In this document: piece after piece, positions 1-9,295 of the stretch
Position numbering within the stretch: position 1 is the first letter of the stretch
Layout of the letters: each line of letters begins with the position of its first letter
Virus record (IMG/VR): IMGVR_UViG_3300045988_079560
Strand: one strand, 5' to 3'
Length of the DNA stretch: 64,000 bases
From: a virus
The notes under the pieces: model-generated
Told to the model about the DNA's origin: nothing
Databases searched by the model: none
Seen by the model: the letters and a program-made list of their open reading frames with translations, nothing else
Made by a program: the position numbers and the translations under genes

Positions 1-117
1 ATCTTTTTCTCATGCCGGGAGGCGGAACGCCTGTATAATCTACCGCCGAACTCGGTTGGTAAGGTATGCCGTGGAGAACTGGAATCCATATATGGTTATA
101 GATTTGGATATTTATAA
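1..117 (+). CDS. 3' end of a CDS entering from the window edge; tail resembles NUMOD/HTH C-termini of phage homing endonucleases
   Basis: Frame open from nt 1 to TAA 115-117 (...NSVGKVCRGELESIYGYRFGYL*). Family guess rests on motif memory only. Confidence 0.35.
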   Translation: MFFSCREAERLYNLPPNSVGKVCRGELESIYGYRFGYL

Positions 118-128
118 GGAGATCAGAG

Positions 129-734
129 ATGGGAAAAGATTGGACCGGAAACGGCAAGAGTATTTTTACAACCCTTGGCGCATCCAACCACACAGAGAAA
201 GAAAGAGAGATTAACGACTACTATGCGACAGACCCTATCGCAGTAGACGCATTGTTACAGGGGGGGGCAGAGCTGAATCATAAGATTTGGGAGTGCTCTG
301 CAGGACAAGGACACTTATCAGAACGTCTCATAGAACTTGGGTACGAGGTACGCAGTACGGACCTTATCGACAGAGGGTATGGAGAGGGTGGAATAGACTT
401 CTTGCAGACAACAGAAATGTGGGATGGCGATATTCTTACCAATCCTCCATATAAGTATGCGAAAGAGTTTATTGAGCACGCAATGACGATCATACCGGAC
501 GGGAGAAAAGTGTTCATGTTCCTTAAATTACAGTTTTTGGAGGGAAAGGCTAGAGGCGAACTGTTTAAGAAATACCCTCCGAGATATGTGTATGTGTCAC
601 GCAGCCGTATTCTGTGCGCCAAAAACGGAATGTTTGAGGAAATGAAAGCCGGAGGCGGAAGTGCAGTTGCATACGCGTGGTATGAGTTTCAGAAAGGTTA
701 TAAGGGAGTGAGCATTATTAAGTGGATAAATTAG
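129..734 (+). CDS. DNA N6-adenine methyltransferase (orphan)
   Basis: 201 aa; catalytic TNPPY motif; RBS aaggag upstream; no nuclease partner adjacent. Confidence 0.7.
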   Translation: MGKDWTGNGKSIFTTLGASNHTEKEREINDYYATDPIAVDALLQGGAELNHKIWECSAGQGHLSERLIELGYEVRSTDLIDRGYGEGGIDFLQTTEMWDGDILTNPPYKYAKEFIEHAMTIIPDGRKVFMFLKLQFLEGKARGELFKKYPPRYVYVSRSRILCAKNGMFEEMKAGGGSAVAYAWYEFQKGYKGVSIIKWIN

Positions 735-1423
735 ATTTTGGTTACTACAACATGGACTGTATGGCCGGTATGAAACTTTTCCCTGATAAATACTTTGATG
801 TGGCAATCGTAGACCCACCATACGGGATCAATGCGCCGAACATGGCGATGGGAACCAATAAGAGCCGGACGAAGAACGGTTATCCTGCCGAAAGCACAGC
901 AAGCAGATTAAAGCGAAGCGGGCAGACAAAGGAATGGGATAGCAAGCCGCCGACAGAGGAATATTTCAAAGAATTGTTCCGGGTATCGAAAAATCAGATT
1001 ATATGGGGCGGAAATTATTTCAATCTGCCACCGACAAAATGTTTTGTTGTATGGGATAAGGTGCAGCCGTGGGATGCCTTTTCACAAGCGGAGATTGCGT
1101 GGACTTCCTACAATCTCCCGGCAAAACTGTTCAGATACTCAAACACTGGCGGAGCAAATTCAGAGAAACGCATCCACCCAACCCAGAAACCGATAGCATT
1201 GTACGAATATCTAGTAGGTGCTTTTAAGCTATCGGGGGGGGTGGTACTTGACACCCATGTAGGATCTGCGTCAAGCCTCATAGCATACCACAGAACCGGT
1301 GTGAAGTTTGTAGGATTTGAGATAGATACCGAGATGTATGAGGTCTCAAATACAAGGTTAGAAAGAGAAAGAGCACAATTATCACTATTTGATTTGGGAA
1401 TGGAAAGGAACGATAACAGATAA
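722..1423 (+). CDS. DNA methyltransferase, beta-class N4-C/N6-A (orphan)
   Basis: 233 aa; IVDPPYG motif near the N-terminus, C-terminal THVGSASS SAM-binding motif. GTG 722 overlaps the previous stop; ATG 752 is an alternative start. Confidence 0.8.
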   Translation: MDKLDFGYYNMDCMAGMKLFPDKYFDVAIVDPPYGINAPNMAMGTNKSRTKNGYPAESTASRLKRSGQTKEWDSKPPTEEYFKELFRVSKNQIIWGGNYFNLPPTKCFVVWDKVQPWDAFSQAEIAWTSYNLPAKLFRYSNTGGANSEKRIHPTQKPIALYEYLVGAFKLSGGVVLDTHVGSASSLIAYHRTGVKFVGFEIDTEMYEVSNTRLERERAQLSLFDLGMERNDNR

Positions 1424-1438
1424 TAGGAAAGGAGAAAC

Positions 1439-1702
1439 ATGAGGGTAAAAAAGGTTTGCAGATGCAAAACTTGTCAAAAAATATACCCCAACGGAATCGT
1501 GGAGATATGTAATTGCGGAACTATTTTGGGAGAAAAGATACCGAGAGCTGAAAGATTAAGCAAAATGTTCATTCCGGGCGCAACAATTACATTCAATCCA
1601 GAGGCATTTCAAGGATATGAAGAGGGGGTATTAAGAGCGACCGATAATTGCGAAACCATTGTTGCAAGAAAAAGATTTTTACGAAGATGGGAGGTTATTT
1701 AG
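1439..1702 (+). CDS. small zinc-ribbon protein
   Basis: 87 aa with CRCKTC...CNC cysteine pairs; RBS ggaaaggag. Confidence 0.5.
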   Translation: MRVKKVCRCKTCQKIYPNGIVEICNCGTILGEKIPRAERLSKMFIPGATITFNPEAFQGYEEGVLRATDNCETIVARKRFLRRWEVI

Positions 1703-1705
1703 CTG

Positions 1706-2263
1706 ATGAGTAGTTTTGTACCGATTTATGCGGTAGATTTCGATGGAACGCTCTGCGAAAGCAAGTGGCCCGGAATTGGCGCACCTAACAAAAAACTGAT
1801 ACAGCACCTCGTTCAACGCAGAGCAGAGGGCGCAAAAGTGATACTTTGGACTTGCAGAGTGGAAGAACATCTGAAAGAGGCGGTGGACTGGTGCGGTAAA
1901 TTTGGTTTGGAGTTTGATGCAGTCAACGACAATCTGCCTGAAAATATTGAAAAATATGGGAACAACCCAAGAAAGGTGTATGCCACTTGTTATATTGACG
2001 ATTTAGCCGTGGATAAAAACAAATACGATCTTCCGTTTCATACTGACGAAGAGATAGACTACTCAAAATTCGATAAATACCCTATCGGAAGTGAGTGGAT
2101 GTTAAAGACGGAATATGCAGAGTTACCAGTGATAATAGAAGAGGTAAATGCTTTTCATGGGTATATCAGTGCGAGAAGCACGAGTGAAGAGGACAAATTT
2201 AGATTTTTCAAAGTCCGCCGTGATATTGAATGGTTTTACGACAAATTATTTCCAAAGGAGTGA
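1706..2263 (+). CDS. HAD-superfamily phosphatase-like protein
   Basis: 185 aa; N-terminal DFDGTL (DxDxT) motif. Confidence 0.5.
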   Translation: MSSFVPIYAVDFDGTLCESKWPGIGAPNKKLIQHLVQRRAEGAKVILWTCRVEEHLKEAVDWCGKFGLEFDAVNDNLPENIEKYGNNPRKVYATCYIDDLAVDKNKYDLPFHTDEEIDYSKFDKYPIGSEWMLKTEYAELPVIIEEVNAFHGYISARSTSEEDKFRFFKVRRDIEWFYDKLFPKE

Positions 2264-2270
2264 TTCAATT

Positions 2271-2426
2271 ATGAAGAAAAAGAAAATCAATCCGCAGGAA
2301 TTTGACTGTGGATGTTGCGGAAATCAGATTTATAAGAGCCGTCTTAGAGACGAGGTAAAGTGCTGTTATTGCGGTTATATCAATCATGTAGGGAAATACA
2401 CAGGTAGGAGGAAGAGACTTGGATAA
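2271..2426 (+). CDS. small Cys-rich protein
   Basis: 51 aa from ATG 2271 behind RBS aaaggag; CGCCG...CCYCG. The longer 2148 start lies inside the preceding gene. Confidence 0.4.
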   Translation: MKKKKINPQEFDCGCCGNQIYKSRLRDEVKCCYCGYINHVGKYTGRRKRLG

Positions 2427-3231
2427 AACGAAAATAGAGTGGGCTGACAGCACATGGAATCCGATTACCGGCTGCCGTCATAAATGCCCTTATTGTTATG
2501 CCAGAGGCATTGCAAACCGTTTTGTATCACGGAAAGGATGCCATCTGGTAGAACCGGAGACGTACAAACTTGGAGACGATGGTTCTGAAACTTATGAGAT
2601 AAATGAGCAACCGTATTATGTTGATGATGAGACCGGAAAACAATTCAGATGCGCCTATCCGCATGGATTTGTGCCGACAATCCACAGATACCGCATGGGA
2701 GAATACAGAGACAAAAAGAGGCAGAGAAATATCTTTGTCGGATCAATGTCGGATGTGTTTGGAGAGTGGGTTCCTGATAGATGGATCAGGGAAGTGTTTA
2801 ATGCTTGTGAGAAAGCTCCGCAGCATAATTACCTCTTCCTCACGAAGAATCCCGGAAGATATATGGAGCTGCATCATTATGGAGAATTACCACTCAGAGA
2901 TAATATGTGGTACGGAACGACAGTCACAGATCCAGATACGGAGTATATGGGGCAGGACGGACACTATGAGTTCCATACGTTTTTGTCAGTAGAGCCTATA
3001 CTGGCAGACTTCGGAGAACTGAGTGAGAAATCATACATCCCGGAGTGGATCATCGTAGGAGCGGAGACTGGCAGCAGAAAGGATAAAGTCATACCAAGAC
3101 GAGAATGGATTGAAAATATTGTGGAGCAGTGCAGAAAGTACAACATACCGGTATTTATGAAACCAAGCCTCACGGACATTTGGGGCGAAGAACTCATTCA
3201 AGAGTTTCCGAAAGCCCTTATTCATGCCTGA
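2419..3231 (+). CDS. DUF5131 (phage Gp37/Gp68) family protein
   Basis: 270 aa; N-terminal KIEWADSTWNPITGCRHKCPYCYA signature; TTG start. Confidence 0.75.
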   Translation: MDKTKIEWADSTWNPITGCRHKCPYCYARGIANRFVSRKGCHLVEPETYKLGDDGSETYEINEQPYYVDDETGKQFRCAYPHGFVPTIHRYRMGEYRDKKRQRNIFVGSMSDVFGEWVPDRWIREVFNACEKAPQHNYLFLTKNPGRYMELHHYGELPLRDNMWYGTTVTDPDTEYMGQDGHYEFHTFLSVEPILADFGELSEKSYIPEWIIVGAETGSRKDKVIPRREWIENIVEQCRKYNIPVFMKPSLTDIWGEELIQEFPKALIHA

Positions 3232-3436
3232 TTTATTCCAGAGCATTGATAAGAATATGGTTAAATCGCCGGTAGCGTACTGCAAAACACACAAAGGGTA
3301 TCTATCAACGAAGCAAATGAAAGTCCATAAGTGCCTGCAGATAGGATGCACTGGACTGGAAAGATTGGAACATCCCTACTGGGAGGAACGCCAACGGAAA
3401 AAGGATGAAGCGAAGAGAAAAAAGAAGCAACAGTAA
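3224..3436 (+). CDS. hypothetical small basic protein
   Basis: 70 aa, Lys/Arg-rich C-terminus. Confidence 0.35.
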   Translation: MPDLFQSIDKNMVKSPVAYCKTHKGYLSTKQMKVHKCLQIGCTGLERLEHPYWEERQRKKDEAKRKKKQQ

Positions 3437-4016
3437 ATTGGTTCATGTTTCATTTGATGAAGTAGAGAGATTTGTTCCGAGAGTTCCGAAACAGATCTGC
3501 CCGGATGAGGATAACACCACTCCGAGGATATGCGTAGCACCTAACATATTGAGTGCAATCCAAGCGATGCCGCAAGGCGGAACAGTAGCGTACAACATGG
3601 CAAGGGTTGGCGTACCGGTTGTTATCCATGCGTATTACATAGAGAGTGATGCTATCCTCATGCCGGAACAGATAGCGGATAAAGTGCCGGATGCCGTTGC
3701 CACAGGAGAAATGTGGGTTATGGCAGTTCCGGCAGCAGTCCGCCGAATAGACTACGAGATTGTTGATCCGTATGTGCCTATGAGGATTGATAGGAATGGC
3801 ACGAGAGAGCGATTTCTTGTATGGTACGGAGAATTGAAACGGGTTCAGTATCAGGATAATTGGAGAAATCTATCTACCAGAACAGCCAGAAATCAAAAGG
3901 CGGTAGAGTGGTTTATGGAAAATAAGCCAGACATATCGTACAGAACATTTATGTCAAATATGGACGATGAACTATTGAAATCATTCCATGTGGAATTACA
4001 GGAGGTATGGGAGTGA
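3405..4016 (+). CDS. hypothetical protein
   Basis: 203-aa ORF in the co-oriented early block. Confidence 0.45.
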   Translation: MKRREKRSNSKLVHVSFDEVERFVPRVPKQICPDEDNTTPRICVAPNILSAIQAMPQGGTVAYNMARVGVPVVIHAYYIESDAILMPEQIADKVPDAVATGEMWVMAVPAAVRRIDYEIVDPYVPMRIDRNGTRERFLVWYGELKRVQYQDNWRNLSTRTARNQKAVEWFMENKPDISYRTFMSNMDDELLKSFHVELQEVWE

Positions 4017-4318
4017 ACAAACAGAAGAAATTAGCAAAACAGAATACGCCGTTGTATAAGAGAGTACCGACACTTAATCTGGTGGACTATTCAGATATAA
4101 AAGTGCCGCTAGTAGTGATATATGACAGCCCGAAAGACTTTCCGGGAAAAGTGGTGGCAAGAGTATGGGACGGAGAGAAGAATCGGCCAACGAATGTTTA
4201 CTGCGAATATGAAAACCTTAAAAGATGCGAAGATGATGTAATGTCAGCCGGATTCGTGTTCAAATTTCCAAGGGCACCGGAGGACGATGCGTGCATCGTT
4301 GAAACATACATGAGATAG
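4007..4318 (+). CDS. hypothetical protein
   Basis: 103-aa ORF; start overlaps the previous stop. Confidence 0.45.
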   Translation: MGVNKQKKLAKQNTPLYKRVPTLNLVDYSDIKVPLVVIYDSPKDFPGKVVARVWDGEKNRPTNVYCEYENLKRCEDDVMSAGFVFKFPRAPEDDACIVETYMR

Positions 4319-4328
4319 GAGGATTGCA

Positions 4329-4607
4329 ATGGCAAAGAAGAGAAGCTGCCGCAGAACAGTAAATGAAGATAAGGTACATGAAAAAGCGGTTAAAATTCGC
4401 AAAATGACCGATGAACAGTTGGTGCAGTATGTCAATGACAGAGCGGAAAAAGCCAGGAGTGAGGGATTTAATCAGGGAAAGAAATCGGCTACCGGAATGA
4501 CAGTCAATGATTTTCTGAAAGAAATCTCAAAAATCAAAGGTGTTGGAGATGTCACAATCTGCAAAATCATGGAGCATTTCAGAGAGAAAGGAATCCGGGA
4601 TGAATAA
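4329..4607 (+). CDS. hypothetical protein
   Basis: 92-aa ORF; RBS aggagg upstream. Confidence 0.45.
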   Translation: MAKKRSCRRTVNEDKVHEKAVKIRKMTDEQLVQYVNDRAEKARSEGFNQGKKSATGMTVNDFLKEISKIKGVGDVTICKIMEHFREKGIRDE

Positions 4608-5061
4608 GACACCACTGCAAATATTCGAGGAACGTAACGAAAAGGATTGCTGTCTCAACTGCGGAAAACTGATTGTTAAGCAGACAGACGCAGGGCATAT
4701 AAATTTCTGCGGAGAAACAGGAAAGATCATTCTCGATATGTTCCTTGATGTTGGAACCCATTTTCCAAAATGCAAGTATGAGAGAAAGGAGGAACCTATG
4801 CGTATACAGAATAACATTTTCATCAAGGCAGTAGCAATCAGAGAAGAGGACGGATTGGAAATCGGAACTGAATATGATGTAGAGGACATTATGATGGGGC
4901 AGAGCAATACGAGTGTGAGCTTAGTAGGAATGAAAGGATCGTTTAATAGTATTTCATTCAAGTTCATGCACGATGGCAGAGAGATTGACATTTTCAGAAG
5001 CCCCTTAATCAACCCGTATATGAGATTTAACGGCAACAACGGGATTTGTTATAAGGAGTAG
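4600..5061 (+). CDS. hypothetical protein with CxxC knuckle
   Basis: 153 aa from ATG 4600 (overlaps the previous gene by 8 nt); CCLNCG motif. Confidence 0.45.
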   Translation: MNKTPLQIFEERNEKDCCLNCGKLIVKQTDAGHINFCGETGKIILDMFLDVGTHFPKCKYERKEEPMRIQNNIFIKAVAIREEDGLEIGTEYDVEDIMMGQSNTSVSLVGMKGSFNSISFKFMHDGREIDIFRSPLINPYMRFNGNNGICYKE

Positions 5062-5064
5062 CTG

Positions 5065-5346
5065 ATGATAAAAACGTGGTATGAGGAATATGAGAAGATA
5101 AAGGATAAGGCGATAGTGGTATTTGGATATGAGTGGGAGTCTATGGCAGATGAACAGAAAGAGAAGATCCTAGCAGAGAAAACCGTGATAATGAGCGGAG
5201 ACAGCGGATATGCCTGCAAACGCTATCAAATTATCGGAAACGCAAACAATCTGTCAGACCATGAATGTGCCATAATAGCGGATGGTGGAAACCTTTGCTT
5301 TGGGTACAGAATGGAGGGACAGGAAATCGTTGTATACACAGATTAA
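5065..5346 (+). CDS. hypothetical protein
   Basis: 93-aa ORF. Confidence 0.45.
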   Translation: MIKTWYEEYEKIKDKAIVVFGYEWESMADEQKEKILAEKTVIMSGDSGYACKRYQIIGNANNLSDHECAIIADGGNLCFGYRMEGQEIVVYTD

Positions 5347-5357
5347 AGGAGGACAAT

Positions 5358-5741
5358 ATGGAAGCAAGAGAACTGGCAAATAAGCTCTATGGACGAGCAT
5401 ACGGAGATAGTTTCGATGATGTGCTGGAAGAGGCAAAACAGAGTGGTCTCGTCATTGTGACGGGCGCATCAGATGATTTGATGGAGTTCAATGGAGCAAT
5501 CTGCGACGAGGGAGGCTGTTTTGATGGTGGAAGAGTTTATTTCGATAAGGACGGAGTAGATCAGGAGGGAGAAGAACGTGCCAACTGGATAGATGCCAGA
5601 TGGTGTGATGGAATGAACCGAGACGGACTTCCGGCAACATGGACGTATGAGACAGAAATTCCTTGTGAGAGATTTGATATTTGGGAAGATGGAGAGGTCT
5701 ACTGCGTAGGTTTGGTGTTCTCAATCGAGGATCTGAAATGA
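5358..5741 (+). CDS. hypothetical protein
   Basis: 127 aa from ATG 5358 behind RBS aaggagg. Confidence 0.45.
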   Translation: MEARELANKLYGRAYGDSFDDVLEEAKQSGLVIVTGASDDLMEFNGAICDEGGCFDGGRVYFDKDGVDQEGEERANWIDARWCDGMNRDGLPATWTYETEIPCERFDIWEDGEVYCVGLVFSIEDLK

Positions 5742-6361
5742 AAACCGCAGAAACCGTAGCATTGGAAAAGGCAATCAGAAGAGCCACATACAAAATGGGA
5801 ACATTTGGCTGCTATGAGGTAACGATAGGATATGGCGGCAGAGAACGTGTGGACTACATGACATACGACACCAAGGGCATTTTCCGATGCTACGAGGTCA
5901 AGGTATCAAAGGCAGATTTCCATAGTGCAGCAGTTAAATCGTTCGTAGGTCACTACAACTATTATGTGCTTACCAGAGAACTTTACGATCAGGTCAAAGG
6001 AGAGATTCCAGACTGGGTTGGTGTGTATATTGGCGATTACTGCGCCAAGAGAGCCAAGAAACAAGATTTATCCGGTAGGGAATACAAGACACGCAGATCA
6101 ATCAATGGGCGCAGTACAGAGGTATCTACGCCGTGGGAGGATATGCTCAAAGAAAGCATGATCCGGTCGCTGTACCGTGACTCAGATAAGCTGATTCAGA
6201 CAGAGGACGAGCAGTACATAAGCCGTCTCAGAAGCCAGATTGACAAGGCAAGGACTGAAAGGGACAGAGAATCAAAGAAGTACCTCAGATTATGGAAAGC
6301 CGTAAGGAAAGAATTTGGCGATGAAAAGGCATGGGAACTCATAGAAAAGGCAGAGGAATAA
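5738..6361 (+). CDS. PD-(D/E)XK nuclease-fold protein (MmcB-like)
   Basis: 207 aa from ATG 5738 (ATGA overlap); RVDYM...CYEVKVS fits a D...E-x-K motif. Confidence 0.5.
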   Translation: MKTAETVALEKAIRRATYKMGTFGCYEVTIGYGGRERVDYMTYDTKGIFRCYEVKVSKADFHSAAVKSFVGHYNYYVLTRELYDQVKGEIPDWVGVYIGDYCAKRAKKQDLSGREYKTRRSINGRSTEVSTPWEDMLKESMIRSLYRDSDKLIQTEDEQYISRLRSQIDKARTERDRESKKYLRLWKAVRKEFGDEKAWELIEKAEE

Positions 6362-6376
6362 AACCTCTGCCTTAAA

Positions 6377-7057
6377 TTATTTCCTGCCATTTATGGCAAT
6401 CACTACATCATCAAAACCGGAATCAGAGTAGCAAGTGCCCTCCTGAGAAAGAGTTGTACCTGGCTGCAATTCTTGGTTATCATCCATAAAAGATAATTCG
6501 CTAAAATTAACCATCTTCCCATCTTTAAGGTACACCACATCCATCCACACATAATCTGCGGCGGAAGTTCCGTTGTTTGTCACGGATGCAACAATGCCGC
6601 TGTCGGTAGTATTGTAGTCAACGGATAAGTCAGAATAGACAGGAGAGTATTCTTTTTCCTCAGATACGGACAGCACGTAATCAAAACTATCAATCTTATC
6701 CCATTCATCAAATGTAGTCCATATACCGGCTGTTTGCCCTGGAGCAACCGCTTTTGTTCCATCACTGGAAGAACCAACCATACTGCCGGAAGAATCCAAT
6801 GCGGTCACATTCAGATCAATACTTACAACCTTATCTGAATTGTTTGTTACATACATAACGTAATACATAAAAGAATCATCCACAGTACAGGAATAATCCT
6901 GCGTACTCATCAAATCTGCAAGGTTTGTTTTGTCTTTACTTTCTGTCGTAGTCGTGACCACAGTAGTGCCATTTTTGGTAGATGTACCGCCACCACAACC
7001 AGTCAAAAGAACGGCCGACAGTAACAGTATGGCAAAATATCTCATCTTCATAGACAT
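6377..7057 (-). CDS. secreted lipoprotein
   Basis: 226 aa; signal peptide ending in lipobox LLTGC. Confidence 0.7.
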   Translation of the reverse strand: MSMKMRYFAILLLSAVLLTGCGGGTSTKNGTTVVTTTTESKDKTNLADLMSTQDYSCTVDDSFMYYVMYVTNNSDKVVSIDLNVTALDSSGSMVGSSSDGTKAVAPGQTAGIWTTFDEWDKIDSFDYVLSVSEEKEYSPVYSDLSVDYNTTDSGIVASVTNNGTSAADYVWMDVVYLKDGKMVNFSELSFMDDNQELQPGTTLSQEGTCYSDSGFDDVVIAINGRK

Positions 7058-7114
7058 ATCCTCCCTATATAAATGTTTAGTCCATTATACATCAATGTGT
7101 CTATCAATGCCACA

Positions 7115-8320
7115 TTATTCGCTTGCCTTGAAATTATATATAGGTTTCAGAATCGCAAGAATATCAACGGTTTCTCCAATACATTCCACAATCTCATCAA
7201 TAGGCTTGTATGCCATCGGTGCCTCATCTATGGTTTCCTCTGACACAGAAGTAGTGTAGATACCGTCCATAGAGTGTGAATAGTCTCTCATGCTGAGAGT
7301 TTCCTTTGCTTTCATCCGGGACATAATCCGTCCGGCTCCGTGCGGCGCAGAACAGTTCCAATCCTCATTTCCCTTACCGGTTCCGAGAATACATCCGTCA
7401 CGCATATTGATGGGGATAAGAACCTTTTCTCCGTACTTGGCAGAGATGGCACCTTTACGGACGATGTTGGAGTCGTGGTCGATATAATTGTGGATGCACT
7501 CAAAGAAGTCCGGCATATCTGCATCAACACCCCATCCCATGTGATTGCATATAATCTGAGCAATCATAACACGGTTCATGTAGGCAAACTTCTGACATAT
7601 CCTCATATCATGGAGATACTGTTCACGGTACTTACCATCTAAATAACAGAGGTCTTTCGGCAATTTCGGAGTGACAGCACGGAAGTTTCGGCGCAGCTCC
7701 TTGATTGCGGATTCAATCTCAGATTTTCTTCCAGCGGCTTTGTAGTCGGCAATGAGCTTTTCCTGACGATCATACAAATCATCCTTACCGCACATCAACT
7801 CATAGGCAAGGTTCTGATAGTAGTCTGCCACCTGTTTCCCAAGATTGCGGCTGCCGGTATGGATAACCAGATACTTATAACCGTCCTCCGCAACATCAAC
7901 CTCGATGAAATGATTACCACCGCCGAGAGTGCCGATAGAACGCTCAATACGCTTAGTATCTCTCAATTCACGGTAGCAGTGAAGATTCTGCAATTCATCA
8001 AAACGGATCTGCCGGCCATCATGCACATTTCTTCCACTTGGAACATAGGTGCGAATGACATTATCCAATCTCTCAAAGTCGATTTCTCCGTGTCCGATGC
8101 TTACGCAGAGCATACCACATCCAATATCCACGCCGACAATGTTCGGAATTACTTTGTTTCCGAGATCCGCAGTAAAGCCAATGACACATCCCTTTCCGGC
8201 GTGAACATCCGGCATGATACGAACCTTACAGTCCTTAAAGGCATCCTGAGACAGAAGAGTGTTAATCTGTTCCAAAGCCTCATCTTCGATGGTTTTTGCA
8301 TAAACTTTCAAATTACTCAT
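7115..8320 (-). CDS. rtcB: RtcB-family RNA 3'-phosphate/5'-OH ligase
   Basis: 401 aa from ATG 8320 (RBS aggagg); HAGKGC, GGGNHFIE, HTGSRNLG and APHGAGR motifs. Confidence 0.9.
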   Translation of the reverse strand: MSNLKVYAKTIEDEALEQINTLLSQDAFKDCKVRIMPDVHAGKGCVIGFTADLGNKVIPNIVGVDIGCGMLCVSIGHGEIDFERLDNVIRTYVPSGRNVHDGRQIRFDELQNLHCYRELRDTKRIERSIGTLGGGNHFIEVDVAEDGYKYLVIHTGSRNLGKQVADYYQNLAYELMCGKDDLYDRQEKLIADYKAAGRKSEIESAIKELRRNFRAVTPKLPKDLCYLDGKYREQYLHDMRICQKFAYMNRVMIAQIICNHMGWGVDADMPDFFECIHNYIDHDSNIVRKGAISAKYGEKVLIPINMRDGCILGTGKGNEDWNCSAPHGAGRIMSRMKAKETLSMRDYSHSMDGIYTTSVSEETIDEAPMAYKPIDEIVECIGETVDILAILKPIYNFKASE

Positions 8321-8330
8321 AGTGATCCTC

Positions 8331-9005
8331 CTATACTTTGTATGTTTTGTTATTTTCAGAATTTCCGTTGTATTTTGTGAAAGGGCGAACCCATACACGC
8401 TTGCCAGTCTTGGTGATCCGATAGAACCCTCTTACACTTACCTGTTCAGTAGGCTTTGTGTAGTGCCGTTTTGCACCATCTGCAGGAATAGGTCTGCTAT
8501 CAATGCGGTATGTGGTTATCAGTGGTGTAGCACCGCCAGAACGGCGCAGGCTTTTTCGATGCTTATGAGAAATGCGTTTCTCTTTCTGCTCCGTAGTCTC
8601 AATGCAGTTGCGGTAATGAGTTGCAAAACACATGAGAGAGTGGAACTTCAATGCCTCCTTGTATGGCGTTCTGTCAGCGGCAAGAACCATCCGGGCAACC
8701 TTTCGTTTCTCTTTGCTTAATCCGGCAGGAAAGACAATGTTTTCGATTTCCTGAGTTTTCGGATCATACCGATAATTGCAGACATACACGCCACCCATAT
8801 ACAGATGCAGCCTGACGAATACACCCTCCTGCTCATAATAGAATTTAATATCTTCCTCCGGCAGCTCAACCAATGCGGAGGGGATGGGGATGCGGAACTC
8901 TTCGGCATCCAACCAATCTTTATTTTGCTGATACCATTCAATGATCTTCTCTGTTTTCCCGATGGTATCGACTATGATTTTATTGCAGTTTGTAATATCA
9001 ATCAT
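8331..9005 (-). CDS. hypothetical protein, first gene of the rtcB transcription unit
   Basis: 224 aa from ATG 9005, 9 nt after ggagg; ends 10 nt before the rtcB start. Confidence 0.5.
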   Translation of the reverse strand: MIDITNCNKIIVDTIGKTEKIIEWYQQNKDWLDAEEFRIPIPSALVELPEEDIKFYYEQEGVFVRLHLYMGGVYVCNYRYDPKTQEIENIVFPAGLSKEKRKVARMVLAADRTPYKEALKFHSLMCFATHYRNCIETTEQKEKRISHKHRKSLRRSGGATPLITTYRIDSRPIPADGAKRHYTKPTEQVSVRGFYRITKTGKRVWVRPFTKYNGNSENNKTYKV

Positions 9006-9026
9006 GCCTAAGACCTCCATTTCTTC

Positions 9027-9055
9027 AATGGTTCCTTATAGCATTTGTCTATTTG
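9027..9055. repeat. left arm of a 29-bp inverted repeat (aatggttccttatagcatttgtctatttg)
   Basis: 27/29 match to the reverse complement of 9253-9281; only the central dinucleotide differs. Confidence 0.85.
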
Positions 9056-9252
9056 GACACGTTCTTATCAAGCGGCATCGTGCGCTCCGCCGGAGATACG
9101 CGAATGTCAGGAGATCCCACTATCCTTATCCGGTTTCGCATTAAAGCCGGAAAACCTGTCAACCAACAAAGGGATGGTGTATGCCGTTATCAACCCTCAT
9201 ACCGGCAGCAGTTTTCACATTAAAAACTGCCAGAAACCTGTTACACGACACT

Positions 9253-9281
9253 CAAATAGACAAATCTTATAAGGAACCATT
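9253..9281. repeat. right arm of the 29-bp inverted repeat
   Basis: caaatagacaaatcttataaggaaccatt; ends 15 nt from the recombinase stop codon. Confidence 0.85.
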
Positions 9282-9295
9282 ACTAGATATGCGCC

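Noticed and set aside
9027-9281. The inverted repeats as ends of an insertion sequence or MITE.
   Set aside because: The 197-bp interior has no transposase, no target-site duplication is apparent, and the adjacent small tyrosine recombinase fits an inversion or att-type site better.
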